A stretch of 61,636 nucleotides of DNA, the filler included, from Choristocarpus tenellus KU-1152 (taxonomy: Eukaryota; Protista; Phaeophyceae): NCBI GenBank assembly GCA_964200185.2. It is 11 parts of 11 records of this genome, joined end to end, with 100 filler letters (N's around TTAATTAATTAA, not from the genome) between each part and the next. Parts side by side here need not be neighbours in the genome. Positions count along the whole stretch, not along the records: positions 13,054 to 17,474 come from CAXNAD020014633.1; positions 17,575 to 21,087 come from CAXNAD020019529.1; positions 21,188 to 27,578 come from CAXNAD020008237.1; 8 more parts are not named here. One strand, 5' to 3'. The notes under the pieces are model-generated. The model was not told the DNA's origin, ran no database searches, and worked only from the letters and a program-made list of their open reading frames with translations. The first letter of the stretch is position 1; each line of letters starts with the position of its first letter. Made by a program: the position numbers and the translations under genes. Shown in pieces: positions 13,054 through 24,559 of the stretch.

Positions 13054-14200
13054 GGGCTACAAGGGCTCTGAAGTCCGAAAGAAGTTCAAAAGGGCTTGCA
13101 AGGCGGAAGAGAAAGCGATCGTAACAAAGGCAGCTGTGGAGACCTTTCAATACCACCAAATCCTTTACTTAGAAGAGGTCACGAAGCAGGTGGAGGTAGC
13201 CATCAACGAGGACGCCAGGGAAGAAGAGTAGGTGAGATTGAGACTATTTGCACACTAATGCTTTGGTGTCTCCCACTTCTTTCACGATGCCGTACATTCA
13301 CGTTTGTTCCTGGACTTAGACATCTAAAGTTGAGTAAGGCTTTCTCCCAGCCTGCATTCATTTGATAAATCAACACAATTTTCGATTAACTCAAGCCTTC
13401 CCTCCCTCGCCCTTGTGCCTCGATGATAAAATATCACCCGTTCAGGAAGCACGGAAAATCCCCGTTTCCGGCGCTCAACAAGGAAATGTGACAGTTAAGG
13501 CTCTAACTCTGCGAATCCTGTATGTGTGTATGAATGACGGGAAAGACGATGAAACGGCGCCCGAGATGGCAGCAGGATATGCAATGGTCAGGCCGAGACA
13601 CTCTGCATCTCAAAGCGGGGACTTTGCAGCACCTGGTTTTCCAATCAGACGATAACCCACCGTTCTACGCCCCACATCTCACCAGAGAAGACTATCTATG
13701 TAGGGAAGCTTAAGGGGTTAAGACAAATATTGTGGGAAAGGGGGCTATTAGAACCCGGAATGACGAAGGACGGGGGAAAGAGAAATATAGCCCATGCACA
13801 AGAATGTTGCATGTGCTTGGAGGGCAGAGGGACTTCAACAAGGTAGTTCCTAGTCTTCAGCTTCTTGTTGAGCGGTACAGAGGGGTATGCCTAACGCTCT
13901 CAAAATATCACCGTGAGCCCAACCCCATTGAGCTCATGTGGGGTCGAGCAAAGCATTGGCTACAATAGTATTGTACCTATTCTTTGGACGGACTCCGAGA
14001 AAACGTTCCTTTGAGCTTGAAACCAGCTGAGGATAGGCAGGCTGTTTGACTTGTGCAGAAGTACTGCAAGAAGGTGTACACGCACCATCTTCTTTACTTC
14101 AAGACGGCTGCCACTGGACCGAAAGCCGACAAGGAGTATAAGAGGTACAAGTCTCATAGGCGTTCGGCACATTCGGAATTCCTAGTGGCAGATGTAGACA
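13054..14200 (+). pseudogene. Degenerate IS630-Tc1-mariner (DDE_3-type) transposase
   Basis: Across frames: GKLKGLRQILWERGLL…VLGGQRDF…LSKYHREPNPIELMWGRAKHWLQ*YCTYSLDGLRENVP…KRYKSHRR. This fits the PK(F/Y)HCELNPIE..WG.AK…KYKSHRR eukaryotic ITm family. It carries internal stops and frameshifts; the 5' boundary is uncertain. Confidence 0.8.
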
Positions 14201-15189
14201 AGAATTGCATTTACACTTGCCCATTCATTGAATCATTCATTTCGCGTTTTTCTTGTCTAAACTTTAATCAAGTAATATATTTTTTGTGCATCTGTCACCA
14301 CTCTTCGTGACCTATAATCCAGGGTTCGAACCCCAATATGATCCCCCTTCTTCAAAAAAACAAAAATCGTGAAAAAAATAAACGAAGCCCCTACTCTGGA
14401 CAGCATTGTGACGGGCATCACGAATATGCAATTATGTTTTTTAATTCGATGTCTACATCAAAAGTTATGACGGGAAACCCTAGAGGGCGAAGCTACTGGT
14501 AATGAAACATGATGTTACCTTGACAAAGGAAAATATGTGACCTTATATTAATGCTTGTGTAGACTTCGTATATTAGTAGAGTTCGTTTCAAGGCAGACTT
14601 TTCTTCAAATCCATTCGTTGAACTGGTGGGGCTGAGGTGACCCGTTACCGTTCCTACAGAGTGGGGGTTGTTGTTGTCCACACTTATCACCTATTTTATT
14701 TTTTGCCCATTTCCTTATGGGACTTCTCCACTACCTCCGCTCTACTTTGCACCTTGACCCATGGTAAGATGGCAGTGCACACTGCACAGTTTCTCCTACC
14801 CTACGAACTACCTGTTCGCCTACAACTAATGGCACTCCCGCATGTGTGCCTTGGATTTTTCCTTGCGCATTGAGTTCAACCATCCCAATACTGGTATCTC
14901 CATCTCCTCCCTCAAATCTATTGTATAGTTGTGTAGTCCCTCAGTCCGAAATTGATCTTCACCGCCATGAACCAGATCTGTCTGCATTCCACACAAATTA
15001 CCTATAAATTACTTACTTGTCTTCACTATAGCTAGTATTTTTAGAGCAGAACACAAAAAATCGATATCAATTGATGAACATATATGATACATGATGTTAC
15101 AGATCAGGTACACAACAAAACAGAATCAAAGATATCAGGTGAAGGGTCACGGTCAAGATTCCTAAACCGATGGAATGCCTTCCAGTACT

Positions 15190-16990
15190 CTTGGAAATCC
15201 CAGACATATGTTGTGTTCTACGTCGTGTGATACTCTCCACTCCACCATTCAACACGTGGACAAGCATGTTAGAGGTTAGATTGCATCTCGTCCCTATCCC
15301 AACTTGATAAAGCATCTCCCAAATCATACCTCTTCCCCGCAACATGTTCTGATGCAAACGACCATTCCTCTCTGTCCCCAACGCCCCCATTATTCTCATC
15401 AATCCACCCGTCCTCTTATCTCTGGTCCCCCCACACTTACGGAACCAGTGCACTGCAGAGTTATTTTCCCCTTTTAGCAGTACCGGGTCTCCCTTCTTCT
15501 TCACCCTTCCATCTGTCTTCACCACCAGTAACCACGCATTCACTACCATCCTTATCACTTCCAGTAATTTCATCGATATACTTCCTCCCTCTCCTTCCAT
15601 TATACTTCGTGTAATGTCTTCCTTCACACACTCCGGGAAATCATACCTCCACCACTTACCCGTCTCCATGTTGTATCCCCCTACGGCTGAAAAGCACGCA
15701 TCTGAGCCCCATGTCGTCACTGTTGAGTAAAAGTATCTTAGAGGGTAAAGACACGTCCATTTGGAGGCCAAAATCCAACGTTATAATTTTGATGTAATTT
15801 TGGCTATCATGTATGTTAGGAGATGTCAATATGCTTGTTTCAGACACACCTTTTCATCACGTTTACATTTTACAGAGTAGGTAAAATGTCATTAAATCCC
15901 TTGGGAGGCCAAGTCCCAAGTGGACAAACAGGGAGAAATTCGTACCCTCAGAGATACTTTCACTCTGTTGGTCATACCACAAACCCCATAAAGGCGAAAC
16001 TCAGGTTTTCCCCTTTCTCTGCCAAGCCTCGTTCTACCACCCACCCCCACCAATACAAACCTTCCTCAAATCCCTTACCTATCGTGATCTCTCTGTTTCC
16101 TTCCCCCACTCCCTCCCTCTGTTCCCTTTGACCACCCAACTCGCTATCCTCCTCAACCCACCCCTCTTCTGGTGTATCCCCAACAGATACACCAGCCGCC
16201 GAAGAAAAATTCTTCCTGGGCGTATAACATACGACATGTGAAACAGCTTTCCTAACAGCACCCAAACATCTCTCACTCTGGCTACCGACCTCGATTCTGG
16301 CCACTCTGCTAGCAATACCTTCAACCCCTTCAACTTTCCGTTCGGTAACGCAATTGTCATTGCCTCAGTGTCTATCCTCCATCCCACTACTACCTGTGTG
16401 GTAGGCCATTCTGTCAACTTCTTCGCTGACAAGATGGGGGGTTCCTCTACCTGTCCATGGCCTAGCAGTCGTATGCAATCTGAAACTAAAGAGTTCGTTG
16501 CCGACTTCAATCCTTTCCCATCCTCAAACCATTGGGCCTCTACTAGAATACCATCATCGACATATATTCTTGCAAAGAACGGGATCCTCTACCCCCCCAA
16601 CTACTTCAGGAACTTTCCACGTCTCATCTAATTGACTAACCTCTCTCCCACCCTTCTGCTGCGAATGACTTACCCTGTAGCAATCTCTTCGGCTTCCGGG
16701 ATTATTACTGCCGGTTGGTGGTCTGTGTGACAGTGGGAAAATTCTAGGGCACTTGCTATTAGGTCTCACCATCCCGGGCTATTCTTCCTGCCAAATTGGA
16801 GCCTATATCGACCAATATCAAATCTTCAACACAATACCCGAACCTCGCTGCCCCCCTTGGGTCTACTGGTACTTGGCGAAGAGCATCTTTAACATCTATC
16901 CAATATCTGTGCCATACCTGTCTTCTCACGAACAAATTCCCACCCCTAGTCAGGGATCAACCCATTGCTAAATCATTGTTCATGCACCAT
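15190..16990 (-). mobile_element. Degenerate DIRS/Ngaro-type retrotransposon (RT + RNase H)
   Basis: RT motifs DVKDALRQVPVDP…RLQFGRKNSPGW, PFFARIYVDDGILVE (YVDD) and VVGWRIDTEAMTIALP…LLGKLFHMSYVIRPG. DIRS1-like RNase H: WGSDACFSAVGG…WWRYD…LLKGENNSAVHW. Contains stops, frameshifts and a MITE insertion. No tyrosine recombinase ORF was recognised. Confidence 0.88.
15725..15965 (+). mobile_element. 241-bp MITE with TIRs and 4-bp TSD (TGTT)
   Basis: tgtt|GAGTAAAAGTATCTTAGAGGGTA … TACCCTCAGAGATACTTTCACTC|tgtt. Removing the element plus one TGTT restores the DIRS reading frame (V*PTVTTWGSDA). Confidence 0.9.
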
Positions 16991-17474
16991 CCCCAGCAGT
17001 GCCTTGCGCAATCTGGTCGAAACTAGTCTGGATGGGTTCCGTAAGGACTAGAACGTGTAACGTGCATGTATTACTCTAGATCAGTCATTGCTGCTAGTGT
17101 GTTGACTAGGGCGTGGGACACTTCTAGTCACACATGTACTTAGGATCAGCAAAGTGTGCATTTGTCTGAGATGGTTCAGGGGTTCATCTAAACAATCCAC
17201 ATCTCCCTAGACATATATAAATATAAATATATATTTTAATTAACATTGAGGGGAATATAGCATAATTTAAACACATCCATTTCCACTCCTTGCTAAGTTC
17301 GAAATTATTGGAAAAGTTCATGCCATACCATCGTATCTAGTTAACTCCCCTGTTGTGCCCTGGATCCCCCCCCCCTGTCCCTTTTATTGACTTAACTGAT
17401 TATCCCACTATTGGGTCTATGTTTTTTATTATCACTTTCTTTCACTGTAGTGACTTGGTACTGTTATTAGAAAG

Positions 17475-17574
17475 NNNNNNNNNNNNNNNNNNNNNNNNNN
17501 NNNNNNNNNNNNNNNNNNTTAATTAATTAANNNNNNNNNNNNNNNNNNNNNNNNNNNNNNNNNNNNNNNNNNNN
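17475..17574. other. Artificial contig linker
   Basis: N44-TTAATTAATTAA-N44. Confidence 0.99.
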
Positions 17575-17693
17575 TTCATCCCCTTCCCTGCTCTTTTTTT
17601 CTTTTTTTCTCCTTTTCTTTCCTTTTTTTTCTGGAAGGGGGGGGGGGGAGTTTGCAAAACGATCATTTGAGCACTAGGAGCATGAGATCATAC

Positions 17694-20270
17694 CTTCACA
17701 AGGGGAAACACTCCCATAACACACTCCAGTGAAAGGGGCTCAGGGCAGGACATGTCATAGGCCTTGCTCAGCACCCTGATTCCAATCCTCCGGCAAACCC
17801 GTCGTAGCAGTGGTATCTTGTGAGCCCTAGCAAGGGCCTGGGTTTGACATTCAAAATAAGACAAATGTACAGGCATTGACAGTCACAAGCCAGGGCAGTC
17901 AGTAGCGGGGAGAATGTCAGCATTTGTAGATGAGGACGCCTCACAATATCTTGGCAAGGGCATCAACAATTATAGAAAAAAAAAAAGTGTACCCATACCA
18001 CAACAACAAAAATGATGGTAGGTGGGTGGGAGGGGCTATAGACTTTCCTCACATGGTTAAATATATGAGCTCTGCCATGTCTTCAAATCACAAGGCACCC
18101 ACCATTGAGAGTCAGTGGAACATGCAACCAACATTATTTCCCATTCAGTAATCTAATTCACACCCTACAACCTCTTCAAGAATGATAGTGCTAACAACAT
18201 TAGTGCTAACAACATTCTATCCAGAAAATAGCGTTCAATACACACATTTCCATCCAAAAAACTTAGGGTTAGAGCAAACCATCCCCAGAAAGATACAAAA
18301 CTTGTCTCTCCAAGGTTGCCTTGATTTCACACCATACAATGATACTGTACTTCAATAGTACCTTGGCCAATCCTCATGCATCAATGTTCATATCAGACAC
18401 TTACCTTCTCATCACTAAGGTGTTTTCCCCAGATCACCAGCTCATGCCTGAAACGAGCCTTGACCTCTGCAGTAATAGCTGCCCACAGGCCCTCATGGGT
18501 GAGCCCCGGCAAGCTCTGTCCCCCTACCCACCTTGCCCCCCCCCCAGTTCCTCTCTTCTTCCCCTTCTTCTTCTTACCCACTGCAACAGTTTGTACAGAC
18601 TGTCCTGTGGCGACTGAACCATTGCTCTGAGACTGCTACCAGAATGGTTGGGGGTGGATGGAGCTCAGGTTTCAATGGCAGACAATAAAATAACTCACCA
18701 ATCACACTCATGTATAACTAGAAAGTGCATACATTTCAGACCAGGGATAGAAATAGTGCAGTACCTGCGCTAAATGAAAAATAAAATAGTCTGGACGATC
18801 ATGAGGTGTAAGAAAATAGTCTGGACAGTTGTTGGGCACTAACAGGTCAACATCGGGTGAACTGGGTCACCCCCAATAGTAACACCTTCCCCTGGTAATC
18901 GAACCACACACTCCATCATTTATCTTTTCATTCCGACCACCTCCAACACACTCACAAAAAACATACTCACTTCTTCCTCAGGGGCAGTCCCAGCACTTGC
19001 ATCAGGAGGGGAAGAAGGTTGACTCTCCACAGGCATGCCCAGGAGGGCATTTAGGAAGAGTGTGATAGGAAAACCAGGTGCAGAGTATGACCTGGGCTGC
19101 CCAGCAGCCATGAATCTAGAGAACACATACGAAACTGCCCTAATTGGGTGTAATGACAGTTTTACAGCAAACACACATACACATACACACATGCACAGGA
19201 AGGTCAAAAGGGACGAATGGATCAGAACATTGAAATTCTTCTGGAAGGTCCACTCTCAGAGCACATCAAAAAAAAAAATAACCACATATCATAACTTCTA
19301 CACCTCACCACATCACCACAACACACAAAATTTGAAGACACTAACACACGTAAAACCCTCACTATTTAAATTTAAGTATATTGTATTATATATTATCACT
19401 ATTTAAATTTAAGCAAGGGCTTCAGCAGGCACCTTGCTTGCTTGTGCGACAGAACAGTCCGTAAGCTGAGAATCTACAAACAATTCACAGTCCAAATATC
19501 AGCACCGCCTCCTTACCTTGCCACCATCTCTACCTCCAGCATCTCCAGCCAGAATGTAGGCATCCTCCACAGTCTAGCTTTTCCCTCGGCTTGTACACTG
19601 AGGGGGAGGTGGAGGGGGAGGGGGAGGAGGAGGAGGAGAGGGGGGGATATTTGTAAGTACTTAACTGCATACAAAAACACTCAAGTACTACTATTAATGC
19701 GTACTACATGAGAGTATATGTTTTACCAATAGCACCTAGGTAAAAGCTGTAAGATGTATGATATGAAAGTATATACTGTACAGTCCTGGATAGAAAAGAG
19801 GAAGCCTGTGCATACACCACAGAGTACAAAAAAAAAAACATAATCAAAATAACACCGCACACCCTAACAATAAAAAAAAATGTTCCTTCATAGATGAAAC
19901 ACAATCACACCTCACATGCCATGAAACACCAGCACAGCTCTTACACGAGCTAAATGCATGCGGCAAACACAGGGTAAAGGAGGTTCAGTCAGACGTAAGG
20001 GCAACCCCCACCTTACCCTCCTCCCTAACCGCTAAGACACGCCTTCCATTACACTATCAAACTGTGTATGCTTCAAAGGGTTAGGGTTAACAGTAGTACC
20101 TGGCATCCTCCCTCTCCTCTTCCACCGCAATCTGTGCTAGACGGCCTAGGTACCGCATGTTGATTCCCAGGTTGTGCAGGGACGTTGACAAGGAAACACA
20201 GTCGCTAGGACACAGAGACCCACGCTTGAGGTCTGAGTTCAAAGCAGGTATGGTTACATCCCACAGGTAC
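17694..20270 (-). CDS. CLU (clustered mitochondria / CLUH / REC) family protein, central domain, partial
   Basis: Exons 20100-20270, 19517-19597, 18971-19139, 18405-18632 and 17694-17837, GT-AG with phases 2,2,0,0. Motifs: PSDCVSLSTSLHNLGINMRYLGRL, LEVEMVARAV, ITLFLNALLG, LWAAITAEVKARFRHEL, KIPLLRRVCRRIGIRVLSKAYDM…FPLVK. Confidence 0.88.
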
Positions 20271-20289
20271 CTGTAGTTGTGTTCAAAAA

Positions 20290-20437
20290 CCCATTCATCA
20301 CAAATAGTTAGGTGACTCTTCTTGAGACCATTCATCACAAATGGTTAGGTGACTCTTCTTGAGACCATTCATCACAAATGGTTAGGTGACTCTTCTTGAG
20401 ACCATTTATCACAAATGGTTAGGTGACTCTTGACCAT
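20290..20437. repeat. Intronic minisatellite, 37-bp unit x4
   Basis: Unit accattcatcacaaatggttaggtgactcttcttgag at 20290, 20327, 20364 and 20401, head-to-tail with no spacers. Confidence 0.95.
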
Positions 20438-20995
20438 AACTTGAAGAAGAGGTGTCACACGTTTGAACATATGCAGCCATCAAGTTATCCGTAAGAAAGA
20501 TCGGGCCAATCGTGACAACCACAGACACACCATCTCATCGATGACACCCACTAACAATGTGCTTGACGTTGTTCCACAGCAAATGGGAGTTCACCTGGAA
20601 CAGGAGAATATACTCCACGAGAAAGGCACTTCCAAAGGGATCTTTCAATCCCACACCTACTACACTATAAAACAACCTCTAACATTGAAAAGGTCTGAGA
20701 ATACCCTCAAAGCCACTTGTAACGGTGTCAAGGATAACAACCTTCGGGAAGATAAGAGAGCCTATAGTTGCGTTGCCTATAGTTGTGTTGCCCCATTAGG
20801 AGCTATTCTCGATTGGAACTTTCACAGGGTGGTTCCTATACACTTTCACTGACGCCTCATAGTCTGCAACTCTTGCCATCCCAATGGTGATAGATACAGA
20901 AACATAGTTCCTCCTTTGGAATATCGCTTTTCAATGATACAGGACCTGAGATATCACAAACCCATTAGTTACAGTTACACACAAACATCTTTTCT

Positions 20996-21030
<35 letters not shown>

Positions 21031-21087
21031 TTTCTCCCTTCATACCACTCAAAAAAGACAACACTACTCTAACACTCAACGTTATGT

Positions 21088-21187
21088 NNNNNNNNNNNNN
21101 NNNNNNNNNNNNNNNNNNNNNNNNNNNNNNNTTAATTAATTAANNNNNNNNNNNNNNNNNNNNNNNNNNNNNNNNNNNNNNNNNNNN
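21088..21187. other. Artificial contig linker
   Basis: N44-TTAATTAATTAA-N44. Confidence 0.99.
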
Positions 21188-21774
21188 AAAAAACAGAACA
21201 AACACAAAAAAAACAAAAGAAAAAAAGGGTAAAAAAAAAACAAGGGATGGAGGAGGGGAGCACATGTGACACAGGGAAAAGGGGGGGGGGATGGATGGCA
21301 GCTGAGATGAGAGGACAAGTGAGGGTCTGAAAATAGGGGGCGAAGTTTATCTATTGAACATGTCAGGGGGAGGTTGGGGAGGGTAAGCCTGTAATGAAGG
21401 TCATATATGAAGATCAGGTGATGTGAGGGGGGCGTGATGCTGCGGTATGGTTCAGGGTTAATTAAGACAAGTCATCATAAAATGCGAGAGATGAGGGACT
21501 TGAGAAGGAGGGGAAGAGAGGGGTAGGCTAAGTTGGCAAAGTGTAGAAGACGGGCATGCATGTGTAGAAGGCAGGCATGCATACATGGAAATGCTTGAAT
21601 GATGCACAGAATTTTTTTAGCCTAAATGGTGGGAGGACAGTCTAAAAGATACAACACAGAAAAAGAAACAGTTGATGTCAAAAAAGTCATAGGAACAATT
21701 GTACTAGGCAAAAATGATTACTTGCCCCACTCGACATCGTCAATCCCTCTCCTGCTCAACATGTTTTCTTAAAT

Positions 21775-23046
21775 TCAAGATACTCCACACCTAGCCCGAG
21801 TTATGGCCAATGGACTAGCCCTCAGATCTCCAAGATCCCCTCCCAAGCTGCTGTCACTCCCATCGCTTTGCTCCAGCCGTAATGACATCTCTCTCGGGTG
21901 CAATGCGTCAAATCTACCTCTCCCTCTGACCCTTTCGGTCACACCTGATGCCAACTTCCCTTCCCTTTCAGCCTTTTCCAGCTCCACCATGACGACCTGT
22001 GCATCATCCCCAGCTACCGATTCCTCCTGAGTCTCCACCTCTTCCCCTACTTCACCCTCCTTGAGGGCATGTTGAACCCCCCTTGCCCATGGCTCACAAT
22101 CAGGGCGAAATTCCGCAGAGTTAGCAAGGCGTTGGGAAGGGTCAACTTGCTGTGTGGAGGTCTGAGGAGAGTTTGCACTCTCATCCGTTCCTCTAACCCA
22201 GGAGTCTTGTGTCTGGAGATCCTGGACACTGACAGATCTTCCTGTTAGGCACCCTTCTCCTAAGTCACTCTTCCAACCAGTACACCCACTGCTGTTGAGT
22301 AAGCAGTTATCACGATCATCTTTTCCGCTACAGACACAAACTTGCTCGGAGATGACAATTTTGCGTGAGGGAGGGTTGTCGTGGTTGTCACTGGCAGGAT
22401 CGCAGTCTTTCAATGTCTGGTGTACACCACAGACGACGGGGTGAACCCTCACTGAGGATGGAGAGCTGGCGCTCAAACCTTGGCGATTTCGTGATGGGCG
22501 ACCACCTTTACCACCTCGCTCCCAGCGGGTGCCGTCAGAACGGGGCCAGCACAGATCGCCGTATAGGTCTTGGGTGGGATGAGACCGATCCTGTCCTTGA
22601 GCTCCAGCTTCGACCTTTGATGGAGAAGAAGTCATATTCGGTATGAGCTTGTTGGCAGCAACATTGCCTTTGGAGTTGTTCTTGCTCTCCCCCTGACCGT
22701 CTCGCAGGGTCAACTGTTCTTGGACCCTACTAGCTTCTGGCCTTCCCAATAATGATCGGGATTGACTTGCAAACCCTTGGGGCGATCTCACTGGCGACCT
22801 ATTCCTCGGCGATATGTTCTTGGTCGATGTGTCCAATACCGTGGCCATCGCATTCGTGGTGCATGCTACAGGGACACTACCAACTTCCGCGTGAACGGCC
22901 AGAGTGTCTGTATGACCTCTCCTTTCCAAAGATTGCCGGGATGGCAGCGGTAAGCTAGGCTGCCACCAAGTTTCCTTGGGTGAACCCTCGCTAGAGTATG
23001 TCATCGAGTCGCGGGAATCCACAGAGTCACGTGGTCGATATGCCAT
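21775..23046 (-). CDS. Hypothetical S/R/G-rich disordered protein, probably a long first exon
   Basis: Longest ORF in the window (423 aa), ATG start, CpG-rich 5' region, and a possible donor AG|GTGTGG at 21790/21791 just before the stop. No recognisable domain. Confidence 0.65.
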   Translation of the reverse strand: MAYRPRDSVDSRDSMTYSSEGSPKETWWQPSLPLPSRQSLERRGHTDTLAVHAEVGSVPVACTTNAMATVLDTSTKNISPRNRSPVRSPQGFASQSRSLLGRPEASRVQEQLTLRDGQGESKNNSKGNVAANKLIPNMTSSPSKVEAGAQGQDRSHPTQDLYGDLCWPRSDGTRWERGGKGGRPSRNRQGLSASSPSSVRVHPVVCGVHQTLKDCDPASDNHDNPPSRKIVISEQVCVCSGKDDRDNCLLNSSGCTGWKSDLGEGCLTGRSVSVQDLQTQDSWVRGTDESANSPQTSTQQVDPSQRLANSAEFRPDCEPWARGVQHALKEGEVGEEVETQEESVAGDDAQVVMVELEKAEREGKLASGVTERVRGRGRFDALHPREMSLRLEQSDGSDSSLGGDLGDLRASPLAITRARCGVS

Positions 23047-24029
23047 AGTGTCGAGATTAAACCTTCGCTGTGTTCTTGCAATGTATTAGTCCGTGAGATG
23101 CACAAGAACTACACACCTCTTGACCACTTGACCATCCAGTTACGACTACCTCGATCCTTTCACTTTGTTTAGAGTTGTTGAAGGCCTTTGGAATTAGCCA
23201 TGTAAAACGCAGCCCCTCGCCAAGATAGGTGAGTCGAAGAAGGGGGGAATTCGTTTTCGAAGAGGACTACAGGCCTCAGAGATATTAACCAGCCCCACAA
23301 GACTCACTCAATCGACTCCAGTTCGGTGCTGGATTTTCCACCGTCGAGGCTTCTCCATGAACCAATGCCCCAATTTCCAAATGGTCCTTGTCCAAACCAG
23401 ACTACTTTGAAAACGTTCAGTCCATCTCACACTTTTCTTAACGATTGATATAATATATGGGGGTATAATGGTTCAATCAATTTAACACCATCATTTCCCG
23501 TTGATAAAAAAATCAGTAGGTTATAGAAACGGTAACTTGAAAACTTCCATCATTTCTTGTCAAAACTTTGGGAACACCTATAGAGAGAACCAACTGACAT
23601 TTTGGAGAAGGGTGAGGAGGCGAAAACACCAAGACCAAACTATTTGAGAAGGAATACTCTTTATACAAAACATAGATCTTGAGGATGGATACAAAAAGAA
23701 CCCACCAGTCAATCACCTCTACATCCTTCGAAAATATCAACTACATTCTGGGATCCCTAACATTGTTTATGGTGTATATATATATATGTTCTTACCCAAT
23801 TAAAGAACATTCTCCGCCTAGTTAAACCCTCTTGATATGATCCTAATAAGCTTAAGGTTAAGAAGAAAGGAAATATATACGAAGGATGCAAGAGAGTAAG
23901 CCACAAAGAAAAAGGTATGCAACACACAGTAATGGTGATCCTTTTTGATGCTTTCGGTGACGATACGTGCTCCTTTGGTGTGACGTACACAATAGCTATC
24001 ACAGTTTCCTTGCAATGCCATTCAACCAT

Positions 24030-24380
24030 GAACCTCATTGTGTCATTAACGACACACCCATACCACTCTTTTTCGTTAGTGACCTACAAACCTCAACTCC
24101 AATACCAAACTTATTAAGGTCGTCTAGGACGCGCATGTACACTAAGGTCTTCTCCTGTCCATCTTGCTTCCGTTTTCCAGTCACAACTTCCCCAAATATC
24201 AATGTCTTGGGAACTCTCTCATTCCCTATGGAGTAACTACCCAGCAAATAAGAGTTTTAACTTACACACGTTTTCCTTGTCCTCTCCAATGCACTTTTGC
24301 TCACTCTCTGAATCGCCTCAGTGCCTCCATTACATTTATTTCATGCACATTTTGGGTGAGAAAGTGACTGCACCCACTAT
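24030..24380 (-). mobile_element. RTE-clade LINE 3' fragment
   Basis: LLFAG…ERVPKTLIFGEVVTGKRKQDGQEK…LDDLNKFGI is the typical RTE ORF C-terminus (R.PK..LFGE…GKR..GG…DDL..FGI). Confidence 0.7.
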
Positions 24381-24559
24381 TATACCACCCTCACGATAAT
24401 ATTTTCTTATTAATTAGATGGATATACCTCACCCTAATCCGAACCCTAATGATAACCATAACTGTATTCATAACCATAAACCCAAGTATATTACAATTCC
24501 TACCGGATACAACTAGCCAGCCTTCCAAATGAAGTACAACAGGGGAAGGAAAGCTCCTC

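Noticed and set aside
14310-14345. GGGTTCGAACCCC as a tRNA T-arm or B box (also GGTTCAATCCC at ~52920)
   Set aside because: No A box, acceptor stem or anticodon arm could be built around either site.
13054-14400. Fanzor/TnpB-like RNA-guided nuclease beside the ITm transposase
   Set aside because: No RuvC motifs (DPG, E..TS..C..C, RD.NA) were found in any frame here or in the ORF track.
20290-20437. 37-bp direct repeats as a CRISPR array
   Set aside because: Units are head-to-tail with no spacers, there are no cas genes, and the array lies in a spliceosomal intron.
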